DNA of 63,055 nucleotides, filler included, from Octopus bimaculoides (GCF_001194135.2; 6 parts of 5 records of this genome joined end to end with filler, not necessarily neighbours in it); one strand, 5' to 3'. Numbered from the whole stretch's first letter, positions 11,371-24,469 are shown. A program made the numbers and translations. Notes: generated from the sequence alone by a model not told the origin.

Positions 11371-12721
11371 GTATTACAGTAGAAACCGTAATCATTAGTG
11401 CTTATAGAGTTACAACTAAAATTAATGACATAGGGATGGATAAAATGCCTTGATTGTTGATTTACAAACACATTCCGGTTTCTTTGGTTAGATATTTTGT
11501 ATTCGTTTCACCCTTAAAGACCAGTTGATCTTAATAGACCAAAGCCACCCTTCAAATGTGCTGGTGTCAGAAAGTAATACTTACTCTATTTAGAAATTCA
11601 TACTAAATCTATTTGTCAACACCATATGAAGAACAGTTGTCTATGTTGTCCTATGTTTGTGGCTATTCCAGTTCGCCAGTACGAATTTCGAACAATTTTA
11701 TTTCTTCAACCCACTTGAAGTATTAAGCCCTGCGACTGTATAAGAAATCAATACTGTAAGTGAAAGTAACAGAGATATCTTAACTCCATCTCTCCGGATC
11801 AGTTTTACTGCTACCCTTATATCCACTTTCGCCTTCGTTCACCCAACCCAGTCCACTGCTCAATGGAATATATTTGTGATCAGGTCACGATGACAGAAAT
11901 AATATAAAAGTCAGACAGCAGCTGCAAAATCTTTCCTATCAAAACATGTTTGTTGTATCTACACAAGATAGGCAGCGATAATGGTGTATTCCATTTCAAG
12001 TGAAAAATTAGGGAGTTTGCCTAGTCGTTCTAAAATGGATTCTTCTATGTCGTAGTGACATTTCTTATGGATCATACCATTTTGGTTTGACTGTAAATAT
12101 GAAAGGAGCCTCCTTGTCGTTAATATAATGGAAATATAGCCCATTATGTTGCAGGTGGTAGAGGGAGAAAGGGAAACAGGTTTTCCTTCTTTTAAATGTT
12201 TTAATGTTTTAAATGGGATTGTTTACTTTCTTTGCGAAGTGAGTGCACATATGTAAACAAGCATGCACTTAAATGCGTATTCTTGTACTAATCTCACAAA
12301 AGCTATATCAATGCTTGCTGTATACAAACATATCGATGCTCATGTACATAAAAAAATTATATTAACATAAATGTGCATAATATATGCAGATATGTTATTA
12401 AAGCATATAAAAACTAATATTCGTAATGCATTCATAAATATGTATAAGTATTTATGTACATCTGCTAATTTTCAAATGTTAAAACATTTATGGATGCATG
12501 TCAATGTATATATTAATAATTCAGAACTAAGATTGAACTATAAATATGTTTCTTCTATATGCTTCTTTTATATATATATATATTATATATATAAGAGAAA
12601 TATATTTATTTCAATATTTGTTTTGAAATAATATANNNNNNNNNNNNNNNNNNNNNNNNNNNNNNNNNNNNNNNNNNNNNNNNNNNNNNNNNNNNNNNNN
12701 NNNNNNNNNNNNNNNNNNNNN

Positions 12722-14035
12722 GGGCAGGGAACCAAATCTTGGAAAATAATAGATAATTCACCAAATTTGTTATTTTACAACCAGCAACCTGACATGAATA
12801 TAATTTTAACACAACTTTGTAGGAGTATAAAGAGACAATTTATTCATTAAGTTCGCCTTCAATGTCCACCACACGGCGCCTGAAGGCATCACGACTCTTC
12901 ATGATGAAGTACTCAGACATGTGGTCCTACTCTTCCCTCAGGACTTGCTTAAGATGATCAACACTTGTATGCGAAGTGCTATTGGAAGAGTGCTGCAATT
13001 TGCCCCATACCGCATAGTCCAGTGTCTTCAAGTCTGGGATTTAAGAAAGCCAGAAGTTGACAGGCCAAAAGTCGGTGAAGTTGTCTTCGTAGAATTTCTG
13101 CACTTTCTTCGCCGTATGAGCAGGAACACCATCTTGGCTCCACACATAATTACGGTTGGGGTAGTTAGACTTCAGCCAAGGCAAAACTTTAAACCGCAGG
13201 ACTTTATAATAAACTTCAGCCCCCAACTTTTCCCCAGACTTGAAAAAATGGAGAGGCATCTTTTTTTCCGTCAGACGCCACGACTCCGAGTACCATGGTC
13301 TGAGATGGGTGCTTGGTCCGAAAGACGCTCTTTACTTCAGAAGGTGACCTAGCAATGTATCGATCATTGCGACGGTTTAAAACAACATCAACGGTAAAGG
13401 TCTTTCATCTGTAAAGATTTTGACGGTTTGTCCATTGTATTTTAGGTATCGCAACACTTTTGGCTCTTTCATGCCTTCTTGCTTTCATTGCATAGGTCAA
13501 TAGGTGTCTCGGGATCCTCACGTATGACCCCAACAGTAAATCAGTGTGTACAGCATGTTGGACGTTGTCCAATGGTACTAGTTAATCGTTCATAGACGTC
13601 GAGATGCGGTGCAAAGCTGAAAGAAAATATCACCCTCTGCCTTCCATGTGTCGGAGTAACACCACTGGCTCATGTACTGAAGCAAAGAATTTCAGACACT
13701 TATTTCGTTTCATAAATAATTTTATTTTATGTCAGGATGTTTACACACAAAATGCTGGTGTTGTTAAAATGCAGAATACATCTTTGAACAGAGTAACTTA
13801 GTGTATTGAATGTGCACACACGCAAAATACAGTGCAACTGTTACGGATCAAACATGGCGTGTCATGAAAAATGCTAGTCGCAGGAGAAAAGGTAACTGCT
13901 CTGTTGTTGTAGTGGAAACAAAGCAATAGTTATATAATTAGAAATGCCCTCGAGTGGACTATATCAATTGTTCCAAAATTGCTGGGAACAAATTTTAGTT
14001 TAAGGGTGATAATCCGAATTTGCTCCATGATCCCA
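12722..14035 (-). mobile_element. Decayed Tc1/mariner element, maT (DD37D)-like
   Basis: KIFTDEKTFTVD...NDRY, TKHPSQTMVLGVVASDG, VWSQDGVPAH and SPDLKTLDY; imperfect terminal inverted repeats gggcagggaaccaaat / atttgctccatgatccc. Confidence 0.85.
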
Positions 14036-14477
14036 ATCAAGAGAAATCACCTATCTTAAGTTGAGATTTTTTTTTTTTTTTTTCGTCACTGCTACAGTAA
14101 TTCCCTGGCTAGATAAAAAGCAATGGAGAAAAAATGAAATGAAAAAACAGGAAATGGTTGGTAAACCACGTCACGGAATGGCTGATCAGAAGGTGTAACG
14201 GGTGTCTATGCCAGTAGCCATTAAAGGAAACGTAACGTGCATAAATACAATCAAAAAAAAAACTTGATGCATAGAGAAAGAAATTATGTGTGAATACCAC
14301 AAGAATGGAATATAAACATGTAACACAATGTACCAGAAAACTAAGCATGCAACTAAACAATGCAAAGAAGAGTTCATCAGAAAAGGTCTGTTGAAAAAAA
14401 ACAATATGTCTATAACAAGGCAAACAGTCAAATGATACAGGAATAAATACAGTTCATCTGTATGTCAATTGACTGAT

Positions 14478-17400
14478 TTAAATATAAAATGTTTTGGATA
14501 GCTTTCGAGGCCAATGTACAGAGCGTCCAGAGCGCATAACGTAAGATTTGGAAGGTGGTGGTGTTGGCGATGGTGGTTGTGAAACATGTAGTGGTGGTGT
14601 AGGAGGTGTCTGCGAAGGTAGCGTGAATGTGGGAGGTGGCTCAGGTGTATGGGCATCAGTGTATGCCCTTGTCAACTGAAACAGTTTCTTTTCTACCGTT
14701 AAGGTCTACGGTGAAAACTTTGCGCGTTGCAGAACTCGATAAGGTCCGGTGTAAGGAGCTGTGAGAGGACCCCTCACAGAGTCGTTGCGTATGAATACAT
14801 GGGTCCACGAAGCAATGTCCTTCGGTACTGCAGACTTCAGAGATTGTGACTAGGCGTTCATCGGTGGTAAATCGGAGAAGTATGATTGCAAATGGTCGAC
14901 GTAGTGAGAACGATCCTTGGTAGCAGTATTAGTTGGTGCCAACATCTGACCTGGTAACGATAGTGGTTTACCGTAGAGTAATTCGACTGAAGAATAGCCC
15001 AGATCTGCTTTCACGGAAGACCGACAACCCAAAAGGACGATGGGAAGGTACTCGGTCCATCTTAGTGGATCTAGTGATGCACGAAGAGCTGCCTTCAGTC
15101 GACCGTGGAATCGCTCTACCGTCCCGTTAGAAGCGGAGTGGTAGCTTGTCGTGTGCAAATGCTGCACGCCCAAGAGGCGAGAAAGTTCACGGAAGAGCTG
15201 TGATTCAAACTGTCGCCACCGATCGATGGTGATCCATGAGGGAACGCCGAAAAGCGATATCCAGCTTGATATCATGGTGCGAGCGATTGATTCAGTGGAG
15301 ATGTTGGCAAGGGAAATGGCTTCAAGCCATCGAGAGAAACGGTCGACACAGATAAGAATATAGGAGTATCCGTTACTAACAGGCCACGTAACAACGAGGT
15401 CGATATGAATGTGGCGAAAACGACTGTTAGGTTGGTCAAATTTTCCGAATGGCGAACGAATGTGTGTATGGATCTTAGAACGCTGACACTGACGACAGGA
15501 GCGAGACCAAGCGGTGATATCTCGGCGGTGATGTCAGGCCAAAAAAAAAACGGGCTGTTATGATCTTGACCGAGGCCGCAATACCTGGATGAGATAAGGA
15601 CTGCAAGGCATCGAACACGCTTCGGCGATGGTTGCCAGGAACAAGAGGGTGAGGTGCTCTTGTAGATACGTCACACAGGATAGTTCCGTCAGTTGTTGAC
15701 AAGAGTAAGTACTCCAAACGACATTGAGTGAATGATGGAGACGAGGTGTCGATTGATTACAGAAGGGTCTGGTCGGCAGCAAGCGTGACCAGATCGATCG
15801 CAGCTGAAGACAGAACAAACTGGAAGTCTTGACAGTGCATCCGCAGGGATGTTGTCCGCTCCAGAAAGATGGTGTAAAGTGTAAGATAAAGTCGAGGTGT
15901 CTGATCTCATGAGGTGAGTATTTGTCTGATTCTGAACGAAGGCGAACGTCAACTGTTTGTGATCTGTGAAAGCCACAAAATCACGCCCAACGAGAAAATG
16001 GTAAAAATGCTTGACTGCTAGGTAAATGGCTAGCAACTCGCGCGCAAAGGTACTGTATCTCATTTCCGGATCCCTGAGCCGACGTGAAAAGAACGCCAAG
16101 AGTTGTAGGCGTTGATTAACAACTTACTGTAATATCGCACCAACTGCGAAATTTGAAACATCAACGGTAAGTACGAGACGTGCCCCAGGAATCGGATGGG
16201 CTAGTATAGCAACTTGAACTAAGTCTGACTTGATTGTCTGGAATGCCAACAATTCATCTAGTGAAAGGGAAATAGCCGCATCTTTTTTCGTTCTGTTCTT
16301 TAAAAGAGGCAATAATTTCCGAGCACAATTAGGTAGGAAACGACAATAAAAGTTGATGAGACAGAGGAAGTGTCGGAGCTGACGGAGCGACGTGGGATGA
16401 GCTAGATTCTGGATGGCTTGGATCTTAGCGGGCAAAGGTCGAATGCCATCGCAATCAACGATGTATCCTAAAAATTCCAATGAGGATTTGCCAAAAACAC
16501 ATTTCGCCAGGTTGACTAGAACTGAGAAAGATGCTGCTGATGTAATTCAACCGTAGAATTGGCAACGAGTGTGTATGTTATCGATGCAGGCAAAAACACC
16601 CGAAAGTCCACGAGTAACTTCGTCGATAAAGCGCTAGAACGTACTAGCGACGTTTCGCAGTCCGAATGACATAAATAGAAATTCAAATGAGCCAAACAGT
16701 GTTGTCAACGCGGTTTTGGGATTCATTGGTATTTGATGGTACACTCGTACAAGGTCCTATTTGGAAAACACCGTGCAGTTATTCAGAGCGGATGAGAAAT
16801 CCTGAAAATAATGTAGTGATATCTGTCAGGGGTAATGGCGGCGTTGAGACGTCTGTAGTCTTCAACTGGGCGAAAGTCAGTATCACCTTTGCGTGCCAAA
16901 TGTAGGGGACATGCCTATGGGTTGGTGGATGGTCGTATAAGGCCGAGTTGGAGCATGTGCTCGAACTCGGCTCGAGCTATCTTGAGTCTGTCCGGGGCTA
17001 ACCGTCGTGGTCGAAAGAAAACAGGTGAACCGGTCGTTGTAATGTAGTGTTGAATTGAGTGGATTGCCTGGGTAGGCTTGAAGGAAAGGTTCGTCAACTC
17101 GGGAAACGAGACGAGGAGTGCGTGAAACTGGTTTCAGGCAGCAGCCACGAAGAATGACGGACTGATAACAGCGGCGGTAGATTCGCGAGCAGGTGTAGAT
17201 AAGGATGTGGTACTATCCAAAAGTCTCTGGTTCCTAACATCTACCAAAAGTGAATCATGGTGTAGGAAATCTGCGCCAAGGATAGGATGAGGAAGGTCAG
17301 CAATGGTAAAAATCCATTTAAAGTCTCGACGTGAGGATAGGTCGAACGATAAGGACATCTGGCCATAAGGCTTGATGGGAGACTGATTCACTGCATATAA

Positions 17401-17478
17401 AGAAACGCCGGAAGGATTCGGCTTGGTAGAGATGAACCTTAAGGGCCAAACACTACAACTCGATCTTGTGTCCACCAT
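14478..17478 (-). pseudogene. Gypsy pol remnant (protease, RT, RNase H, integrase)
   Basis: VDTRSSCSVWP...LGADFL; FFRPRRLAPD; MSFGLRN...CIDNI; LTVDVSNFAVGA...YSTFARELLAIY; CVDRFSRWLEA...SNGTVERFHGRLK; C-terminal MRSGRSVHWP. Confidence 0.9.
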
Positions 17479-17696
17479 GAACGACTTGTATGAGACGAGA
17501 TCCCTGATGAAAAAGCACGATATGGCGAAATGCTATGGGAGAGATCTGACATGCCCAGATTCTCCGAACTCAGTTTACCGACACCCCAAATGAACAGGAT
17601 TTAACACACCAACGTGCGTTCTCTTTGAACCCTGAGTGGTACCAACACAGCGAGAAACTGATGGTGGCGGGGTTGGAACGGCGGCGAGAAGAGCAA

Positions 17697-18293
17697 CTAT
17701 GCAAGCGATGCCGAAAAGGCGCCACACAATTTAGCGACTTCGCATGTTAAGCGTTCAATAGCTCTTAACGTGGCATCTTCGCCTGTTGACGTAGGAGACG
17801 AAAAAGACGCAACGACTCTATCAGCCGTGATGAGACTATGAGAAGACTCCACAATCCTCTCCGCTGAGGCGGTAATTTGGTCGATAGTATTTGTGCCAAC
17901 CATATTAACCAGTACCGTCTGTACATTGTTTGGCAGCTGGGAGAACAATTTCTTGACGATCGAGCTGTCCTCATGTGCGGCGTCGCTGAGTTCACGAATC
18001 CGCCGTAAAATCTCAGAAGGGGTCCGATCCTCAAGATGTTCATCCTGAAGTAGGGTGCGAAACCGACTTTTTGATGACTTGGAGTTCTGTCTCAGAACTT
18101 TTGATTTGAAAGAATCATAGGAGGTTTCTTGTGGAGGGTCTGTGATGAGATCCTTTACGGTAGCAACTAAAGAAGCAGGAATATCACTAATCTGTGGTGA
18201 AGACTGTACGCCATTTGCAGTAAAATAAGAATCGAGTTGGGCAAACCGCAGCTTAGCATCACCTGCATATACTGAAATAGAGGTAGTACTCAT
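17697..18293 (-). pseudogene. Gypsy gag remnant
   Basis: AKLRFAQLDSYF...LLQDEHLEDRTPSEILRRIREL...QLPNNVQTVL, typical of gag in this Gypsy group. Confidence 0.8.
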
Positions 18294-18565
18294 CGTAAGG
18301 ATGCTTGTGTTACAGTAATGTGCAGCAGAAATTCACCGAAGATGAAACGATCCGAAAGAACGGGTGAAGAAGAACATAATCTCACAGATGCAACCTTATG
18401 TAAGAGGAAGAAAGGCGAACGAAACGAAAAACGAGCGTATTGACGTTGAACTTGAATTTGAAATATAAAAAAAAATATTCCGAAGGAGGCTGGGAACCAG
18501 GGTATCTTGGTAATGAAAAGTGGAGATACGAGAGCAACCAACTCTGAGGAGCAGAAGCCATTGTA

Positions 18566-18701
18566 GCGGTGAGCTGGCAGAAACGTTAGCAGGCCGGGCG
18601 AAATGCCTAGTGGTATTTCGTCTGCCGCTACGTTCTGAATTCAAATTCCGCCGAGGTCGACTTTGCTTTTCATCCTTTCGGGGTCGATTAAATAAATACT
18701 A
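18566..18701 (+). mobile_element. SINE family B, 3'-truncated
   Basis: gcggtgagctggcagaaacgttagc...gaattcaaattccgccgaggtcgactttgc. Confidence 0.85.
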
Positions 18702-18719
18702 GTCTACATATACAGTCTA

Positions 18720-18945
18720 CGTCAAAGGATGGCTCTGCACAGATCCCAGATCAAAATTCCTCAAAACAGAAAAATAGCATTCAACCAGCACATTGACATT
18801 TGCGCCAATAATAAAAAATCCAAGCTTCAGAAATTTTCCCCTCAACCAATTCAGGGACGATACAGCCTGTAGCCAACGAATTAGTAAAGAGACTCTCTTC
18901 ATTACAAAATACAGACCCCTCTTGAACGCATCGACAACAAACAAC
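18720..18945 (+). pseudogene. Penelope-like (Neptune-like) GIY-YIG endonuclease C-terminal remnant
   Basis: FNQHIDICANNKK...F...KETLFITKYRPLLN; reads as the continuation of the motif series in the 62330-62672 copy. Confidence 0.55.
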
Positions 18946-18960
18946 ATATCCACCACGGCC

Positions 18961-19575
18961 TTAGAATAACACAAACACACACGCAAATATTAAAAATGAT
19001 ACGTTTAGGAGATACTCAAGAATTCATTAAAAAACAGTCCCAATCACTGCTATAATCCACAACGAGCCACTTTTAGGTCACTTGACCATTTAACATCCTA
19101 CTACTATCATACCACCTGCATTCCTTTATTATTCTCTCTTCTCTTTCCCCTTCTTCTTCTTCTTCGTCTTCTTCCTCTCCGCCACCTCCTTCCTTACTTT
19201 ATTACTATTGCTGTTTAGAATAACACCTACACAAATATTGTAAGTAATACATTCAAAAGAGATGCCTCAAGAATTCAATCACTACTACCATCCACAAGTC
19301 ACTTTCAGGGCACTTGACCATTTAACATCCTACTACTATCATACCACCTGCATTCCTTTATTATTCTCTCTTCTCTTTCCCCTTCTTCTTCTTCGTCTTC
19401 TCCCTCTCCGCCACCTTCTTCCTTACTTTACTACTACTGTTATTTAGAATAACACCTACGCAAATATTATAAACAATACATTCAAAAGAGATATCTCAAG
19501 AATTCATTCACTACTACCATCCACAACAAGTTAATTTTCAGGGCACTTGACCATTTAACACCCTACAACTATCAT
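18961..19575. repeat. Tandem repeat of ~230-254-bp units, x2.6
   Basis: Units start ttagaataacac at 18961, 19215 and 19444 and share cacttgaccatttaacatcctactactatcat. Confidence 0.9.
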
Positions 19576-19581
19576 GGCAGT

Positions 19582-19756
19582 GGAGGCGCAATGGCCCAGT
19601 GGTTAGGGCCGCGGTTTCGATTCCCAGACCGGGAGTTGTCAGTGTTTATTGAGCGAAAACACCTAAAGCTCCACGAGGCTCCGGCAGGGGATGGTGGCGA
19701 ACCCTGCTGTACTCTTTCACCACAACTTTCTCTCACTCTTACTTCCTGTTTCTGTT
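19582..19756 (+). mobile_element. tRNA-derived SINE family C with an apparent internal deletion
   Basis: A-box tggcccagtgg and B-box ggtttcgattccc are too closely spaced for a tRNA; body differs from families A and B. Confidence 0.6.
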
Positions 19757-19856
19757 NNNNNNNNNNNNNNNNNNNNNNNNNNNNNNNNNNNNNNNNNNNN
19801 TTAATTAATTAANNNNNNNNNNNNNNNNNNNNNNNNNNNNNNNNNNNNNNNNNNNN

Positions 19857-19898
<42 letters not shown>

Positions 19899-20221
19899 TT
19901 TATTGTAGCGTTGTTGTTGGTGATGGCGGCGGCGGAGGAGTGTTGGTTCAGATTAGGTCAATGTGACACCTAACAAGGCAACGTTTTTCTTTTCTTTTTT
20001 TTAAGCCTGATACTTATTCTATCGGGATCGTTTACTGAACCGCTAAGTTATAGGGACGTGTACACAGACACACACATACGTACATACATACACACACACA
20101 CACACACGTACATACATACATACATACACACACACATTCGGATCCACGGATTTAATTGGTCTTTACTCAACGCTTTTCACTTGGCGTGAACAAATAGCCT
20201 CTATAATTTGTATTGAGTACT

Positions 20222-20268
<47 letters not shown>

Positions 20269-21022
20269 TTACATAGGCGTGTGTGTGTATCCTTGTCGAT
20301 ATAATATATGCATTGACTTCGTCAGTTATTTTGGAAGCAAGTTCGTTGGGTTTTAACATTTATTTAATTAGAAGTAAAAAGAAGCAAAAAACAAAACTTG
20401 AAATCTTAAACAAGTATCTCATTCACATTTAACATGTGATAAATTGAAACGATAAAGCTACTGCCTCTCTCTCTCTCTCTCTCACACACACACTGATACA
20501 CGCTCACGTACACACTCATAAACTCTCTCTCTCTCTCTCTCTCTCTCTCNNNNNNNNNNNNNNNNNNNNNNNNNNNNNNNNNNNNNNNNNNNNNNNNNNN
20601 NNNNNNNNNNNNNNNNNNNNNNNNNNNNNNNNNNNNNNNNNNNNNNNNNNNNNNNNNNNNNNNNNNNNNNNNNNNNNNNNNNNNNNNNNNNNNNNNNNNN
20701 NNNNNNNNNNNNNNNNNNCATACACACACAATGTCTGTGCATGTATATATATATATATATACACACACACAATGGCGAGTGAAAAAGGCAAATAAAAAAT
20801 TGCATTACTTTCCGACTCCCATACGTGCTTATACATACACATACATGTGTGTGTGTACACACACATGTATGTACTGATGTGTGTTTATGTGTACGTCTGT
20901 GAATAGTTTTGAAACCTTGCTATCTATAATTTCAAAGCGCGCGCGCGCACGTACACAAATCTGTTTGTTTTTTCTAATGTATTTGTGTGTATGCAAGTGT
21001 GCGTCTGCTATTTTTGGAAATC

Positions 21023-21074
<52 letters not shown>

Positions 21075-21896
21075 GCGTACATACATGTATGCGTATATAC
21101 ATACATGTTAAGCGATAGAGAGAAAGAGAGAAAGAGGCGTGATAAGGGGCGCAACTAACTTGAAGACATCTCTTTTATGTAATGTATATAGGGGAAAGTT
21201 GGGCGAGGTTCCACCCACCTTCCCAACCAATTCCCTACCAAATCGGAAGTGTCTTGAAGGAACTAACAAGCTAGTATTTGTGAGGCCACGATTGTACTTC
21301 AAGCCAATCCGAAGACTCAGTTTTCAACAACACGAAAGATCTAATAAAGACGGTATTGTTGTATTAACTTCAACGCCTGATGTCACTGCCGCCGCCGCCG
21401 CCGCCTCTTCCGTCGTCGTCGTCGTCGTCGTCGTCGTTTAGCCCTGGGTCAATTCTAATCCAGTAGACCTATGATCAAAGATGTTCTAACCGGGACCAAC
21501 AACCACATGTCATTTGATGTTTGTCACTGACTTTGCCATTCAGTCTTCTAGAGTCTCTATTCAAATACCAGTAATATACTGGAGTCCATTCAATCTACTT
21601 TTCCTATATCAGAAAAAACCTTCTCTACCATGCACATTCACACACGTTCTTCTCTCTCTCTCTCTCGCCCTCTCTCACTATCACTTCTATCTTTCTCACT
21701 TTCCTCTCTCTTCCACCCTCTCTCTCTCTATTTCTCTCTTTAGTGAAAAACCAAACTGTTCTAGTTTTCGTATTTGTTTTGTTTTTCTCTTATTTTTTGT
21801 TGTGCTTTTTTATTTCGCTTTGAGTAATTTTTATTGCATCATTTTTGTTTTCCAATTTAATTAAATTTCTTTCTTTCTTTCTTTCTTTCTTTCTAG

Positions 21897-22019
21897 AAAT
21901 GGTCCAGTCTCCCACTTCTCCCACACTCTCTGATTCCAGCCGATATTCAGACATGGGTGCCGAGTGTCATCTCACAAAACGACTTTGCACACAAGTAGCA
22001 GCTCACACAAAATCCAAAG
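21897..22019 (+). CDS. Candidate exon (xMVQSPTSPTLSDSSRYSDMGAECHLTKRLCTQVAAHTKSK), phase 1-1
   Basis: (tttc)n-ttctAG acceptor, aag/GTAAGC donor, 123-bp open frame; no homolog recognised. Confidence 0.35.
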
Positions 22020-22067
22020 GTAAGCCACTATTTATATTAAAAACATCCCTCTTTCCCCTCCCCTCTC

Positions 22068-22108
<41 letters not shown>

Positions 22109-22311
22109 NNNNNNNNNNNNNNNNNNNNNNNNNNNNNNNNNNNNNNNNNNNNNNNNNNNNNNNNNNNNNNNNNNNNNNNNNNNNNNNNNNNNNNNNNNNN
22201 NNNNNNNNNNNNNNNNNNNNNNNNNNNNNNNNNNNNNNNNNNNNNNNNNNNNNNNNNNNNNNNNNNNNNNNNNNNNNNNNNNNNNNNNNNNNNNNNNNNN
22301 NNNNNNNNNNN

Positions 22312-23780
22312 GAAGTTTACATGTGTAAATAGGCAGTCTTGTCACCCTACCGCCATATTAAAAAACCTGGTAGCCAACATTAGTAGAAGAATGTCTAACC
22401 TTTCTTCTTCTAAAGAAATTTTCGAGAGGGTAGCCCCCTACTATAATAAGGCCCTAGCCAATTGCGGGTTTAAAGATGAGTTAACATATAATCCCTCTAA
22501 CACTTATCATGATATTAAGGATAGATATAGCAGTACCAACGATAATGTAGTACAAAAACATACTAACATTAATCTAAATACTGACAAAAAAATCAAAAAA
22601 GAGGCTAAGGAAAATAATTTGGTTCACCCCTCCCTCCCTTTTCACTCAATGTAAAAACGAACATTGGTAGGAGATTTTTGACTCTCCTTGACAAACATTT
22701 TCCTGTAAATCACAGATATAGAAAATTTTTCAACAGGCGATCAGTGAAATTATCGCATAGCTGCTGCCCCAACATAGTTCCATTACACGTGGCCAACATA
22801 AAGAGCCTGAAGCTGGCTGCAACTGTCACGATCCAGGAGCCTGTCCACTCGAACAACGGTGCATGACCAAGGCAATTGTATATGAGGCGGAAGTCACTAC
22901 AACCCTAAATAATAATAATAATAATACAACGGGGAAAAGACCTATATTGGATTATGTGAAGGGGAGTTTAAAAGACACTATGTCAACCACATAGCCTCGT
23001 TCCTACATAAGGACAAGAGCAAGATCACAAAGTTAGCCAACCGCGTGAGGGCTTTGAAAAAGAATAAAACGCCATATACGGTTAAATGGAAAATAATCGA
23101 AAAATTCACACATTATGTGAATGGATCAAAGAAATGTAGGCTTTGCTTGGCTGAAAGAGCACAGATTCTGTTCAGATCAAAAATCCCCAACTCAGTATTG
23201 AACTCGAGGTCTGAAATTTTCAGTGGTTGCAGACACATGCAAAAATATATTTTGAAGAAATGGACAATCCCATCCATCTTAGACTGATTTGACATTTCCC
23301 CGACCTTATTATTTAAAGACTAAGGATGTTAGATCGCTCACTACTATAGCCCCCCACCCTTTATTTTAGTATTTCTTTAGGTTTATCTTTTATACTTTAT
23401 AAATTTTTATATTTCCGATATTTCTTATAGTTACATTTCTACCTTATATTTTATACATTTGTACTCTCCTTTCACAATTTATATTCAATCTCATACATTA
23501 ATTACATTTACATCAGGTATGCTAGTTTCGTTTTCCGATTAGATGTTAGGATTTTCTATACGCTACCATTTTTTCGTGGTTTTCGCGTATTCTCACGTCC
23601 CATGCCATATCTAAAGTTCTTAGTTCAGTACGAAGAGTTGTCTGTGCCTGAAGAACGTTTTTGGATTTCCCAGATACGTGAAACTATTTGTAGCGCCCGA
23701 AAATATTTATTGTGATCCTTAAACAGAAATATTTGACTCTCACCAGATGGAGTGCTCTCTTTGTTGAATCATAAAATAAA
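22312..23780 (+). mobile_element. Decayed Penelope-like element: RT thumb, Cys linker and C-terminal GIY-YIG (to 23287), then 3' UTR/pLTR
   Basis: [53 protein letters not shown]...YIGLCEGEFK, CRLCLAE...LNSRSE...CRH. Confidence 0.9.
23642..23700 (+). ncRNA. Hammerhead-like motif in the PLE pseudo-LTR
   Basis: CTGAAGA acgt...acgt GAAA cta tttg tag c gccc; U16.1 appears to be missing. Confidence 0.5.
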
Positions 23781-23888
23781 CCAATACACACACACATACA
23801 TATATGTATGTGTGTATTTATGTGTATGTATGAATCTGTGCATGTTTGTATTTATATGCGGTTATATATATATATATGTGTGTGTGTG

Positions 23889-24263
23889 TTGGGTTGGCAA
23901 GAAATTAATTTCGTTTTTCGCAAATAGTTAAGATTTTTTTTATGACTTTTGTCAATGTTGTGATTTTTTTTTCCTTTTGACATTTGATAGCCGTTACTTT
24001 TAGCTTACTTTAGTAGCAAATTGTGCGTAATTTTATTAATAGCTGTTAGTTCAGTGTCATTTTTAACATGCAGTGATGTCACATCCACCATATAGCCCTG
24101 ACCTTGCACCGTCAGATTACCAATCTATTTCGAAGTTTGCAAAATTCTTTGAATGGTAAAACTTATGGAAAATATGTAATTGATTAAAGTTCATTCTTTG
24201 TATGGAAAAAAATGACTTTTTATTTCATACTAAAAAAGCGAAATTACTTTCTTGCCAACCCAA
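23889..24263 (+). mobile_element. Internally deleted mariner (MITE-like, ~375 bp)
   Basis: TIRs ttgggttggcaagaaattaatttcg / cgaaattactttcttgccaacccaa plus TA; internal HPPYSPDLAPSDY...RSLQNSLNGK. Confidence 0.88.
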
Positions 24264-24427
24264 TATATNNNNNNNNNNNNNNNNNNNNNNNNNNNNNNNN
24301 NNNNNNNNNNNNTTAATTAATTAANNNNNNNNNNNNNNNNNNNNNNNNNNNNNNNNNNNNNNNNNNNNATATAAGTCCGGGTGGTATTATTGAAATACCA
24401 TCACGTGTGGCAAGCGAGTTTATCAGC

Positions 24428-24467
<40 letters not shown>

Positions 24468-24469
24468 GA

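Larger units (their letters stand above)
14090..18550 (-). mobile_element. Decayed Ty3/Gypsy LTR retrotransposon internal region; LTRs not identifiable
   Basis: Domains in the order gag, protease, RT, RNase H, integrase on the minus strand, with many frameshifts. Confidence 0.95.

Noticed and set aside
21139-21441. 100-aa plus-strand ORF in complex sequence
   Set aside because: It ends in (GCC)n/(GTC)n repeats, has no recognisable motif or splice signals, and the opposite strand is also open.
22790-23287. Possible selenocysteine recoding in the PLE Cys motifs
   Set aside because: All recognisable Cys positions use TGC or TGT, there is no in-frame TGA at conserved Cys sites, and I found no convincing SECIS downstream.
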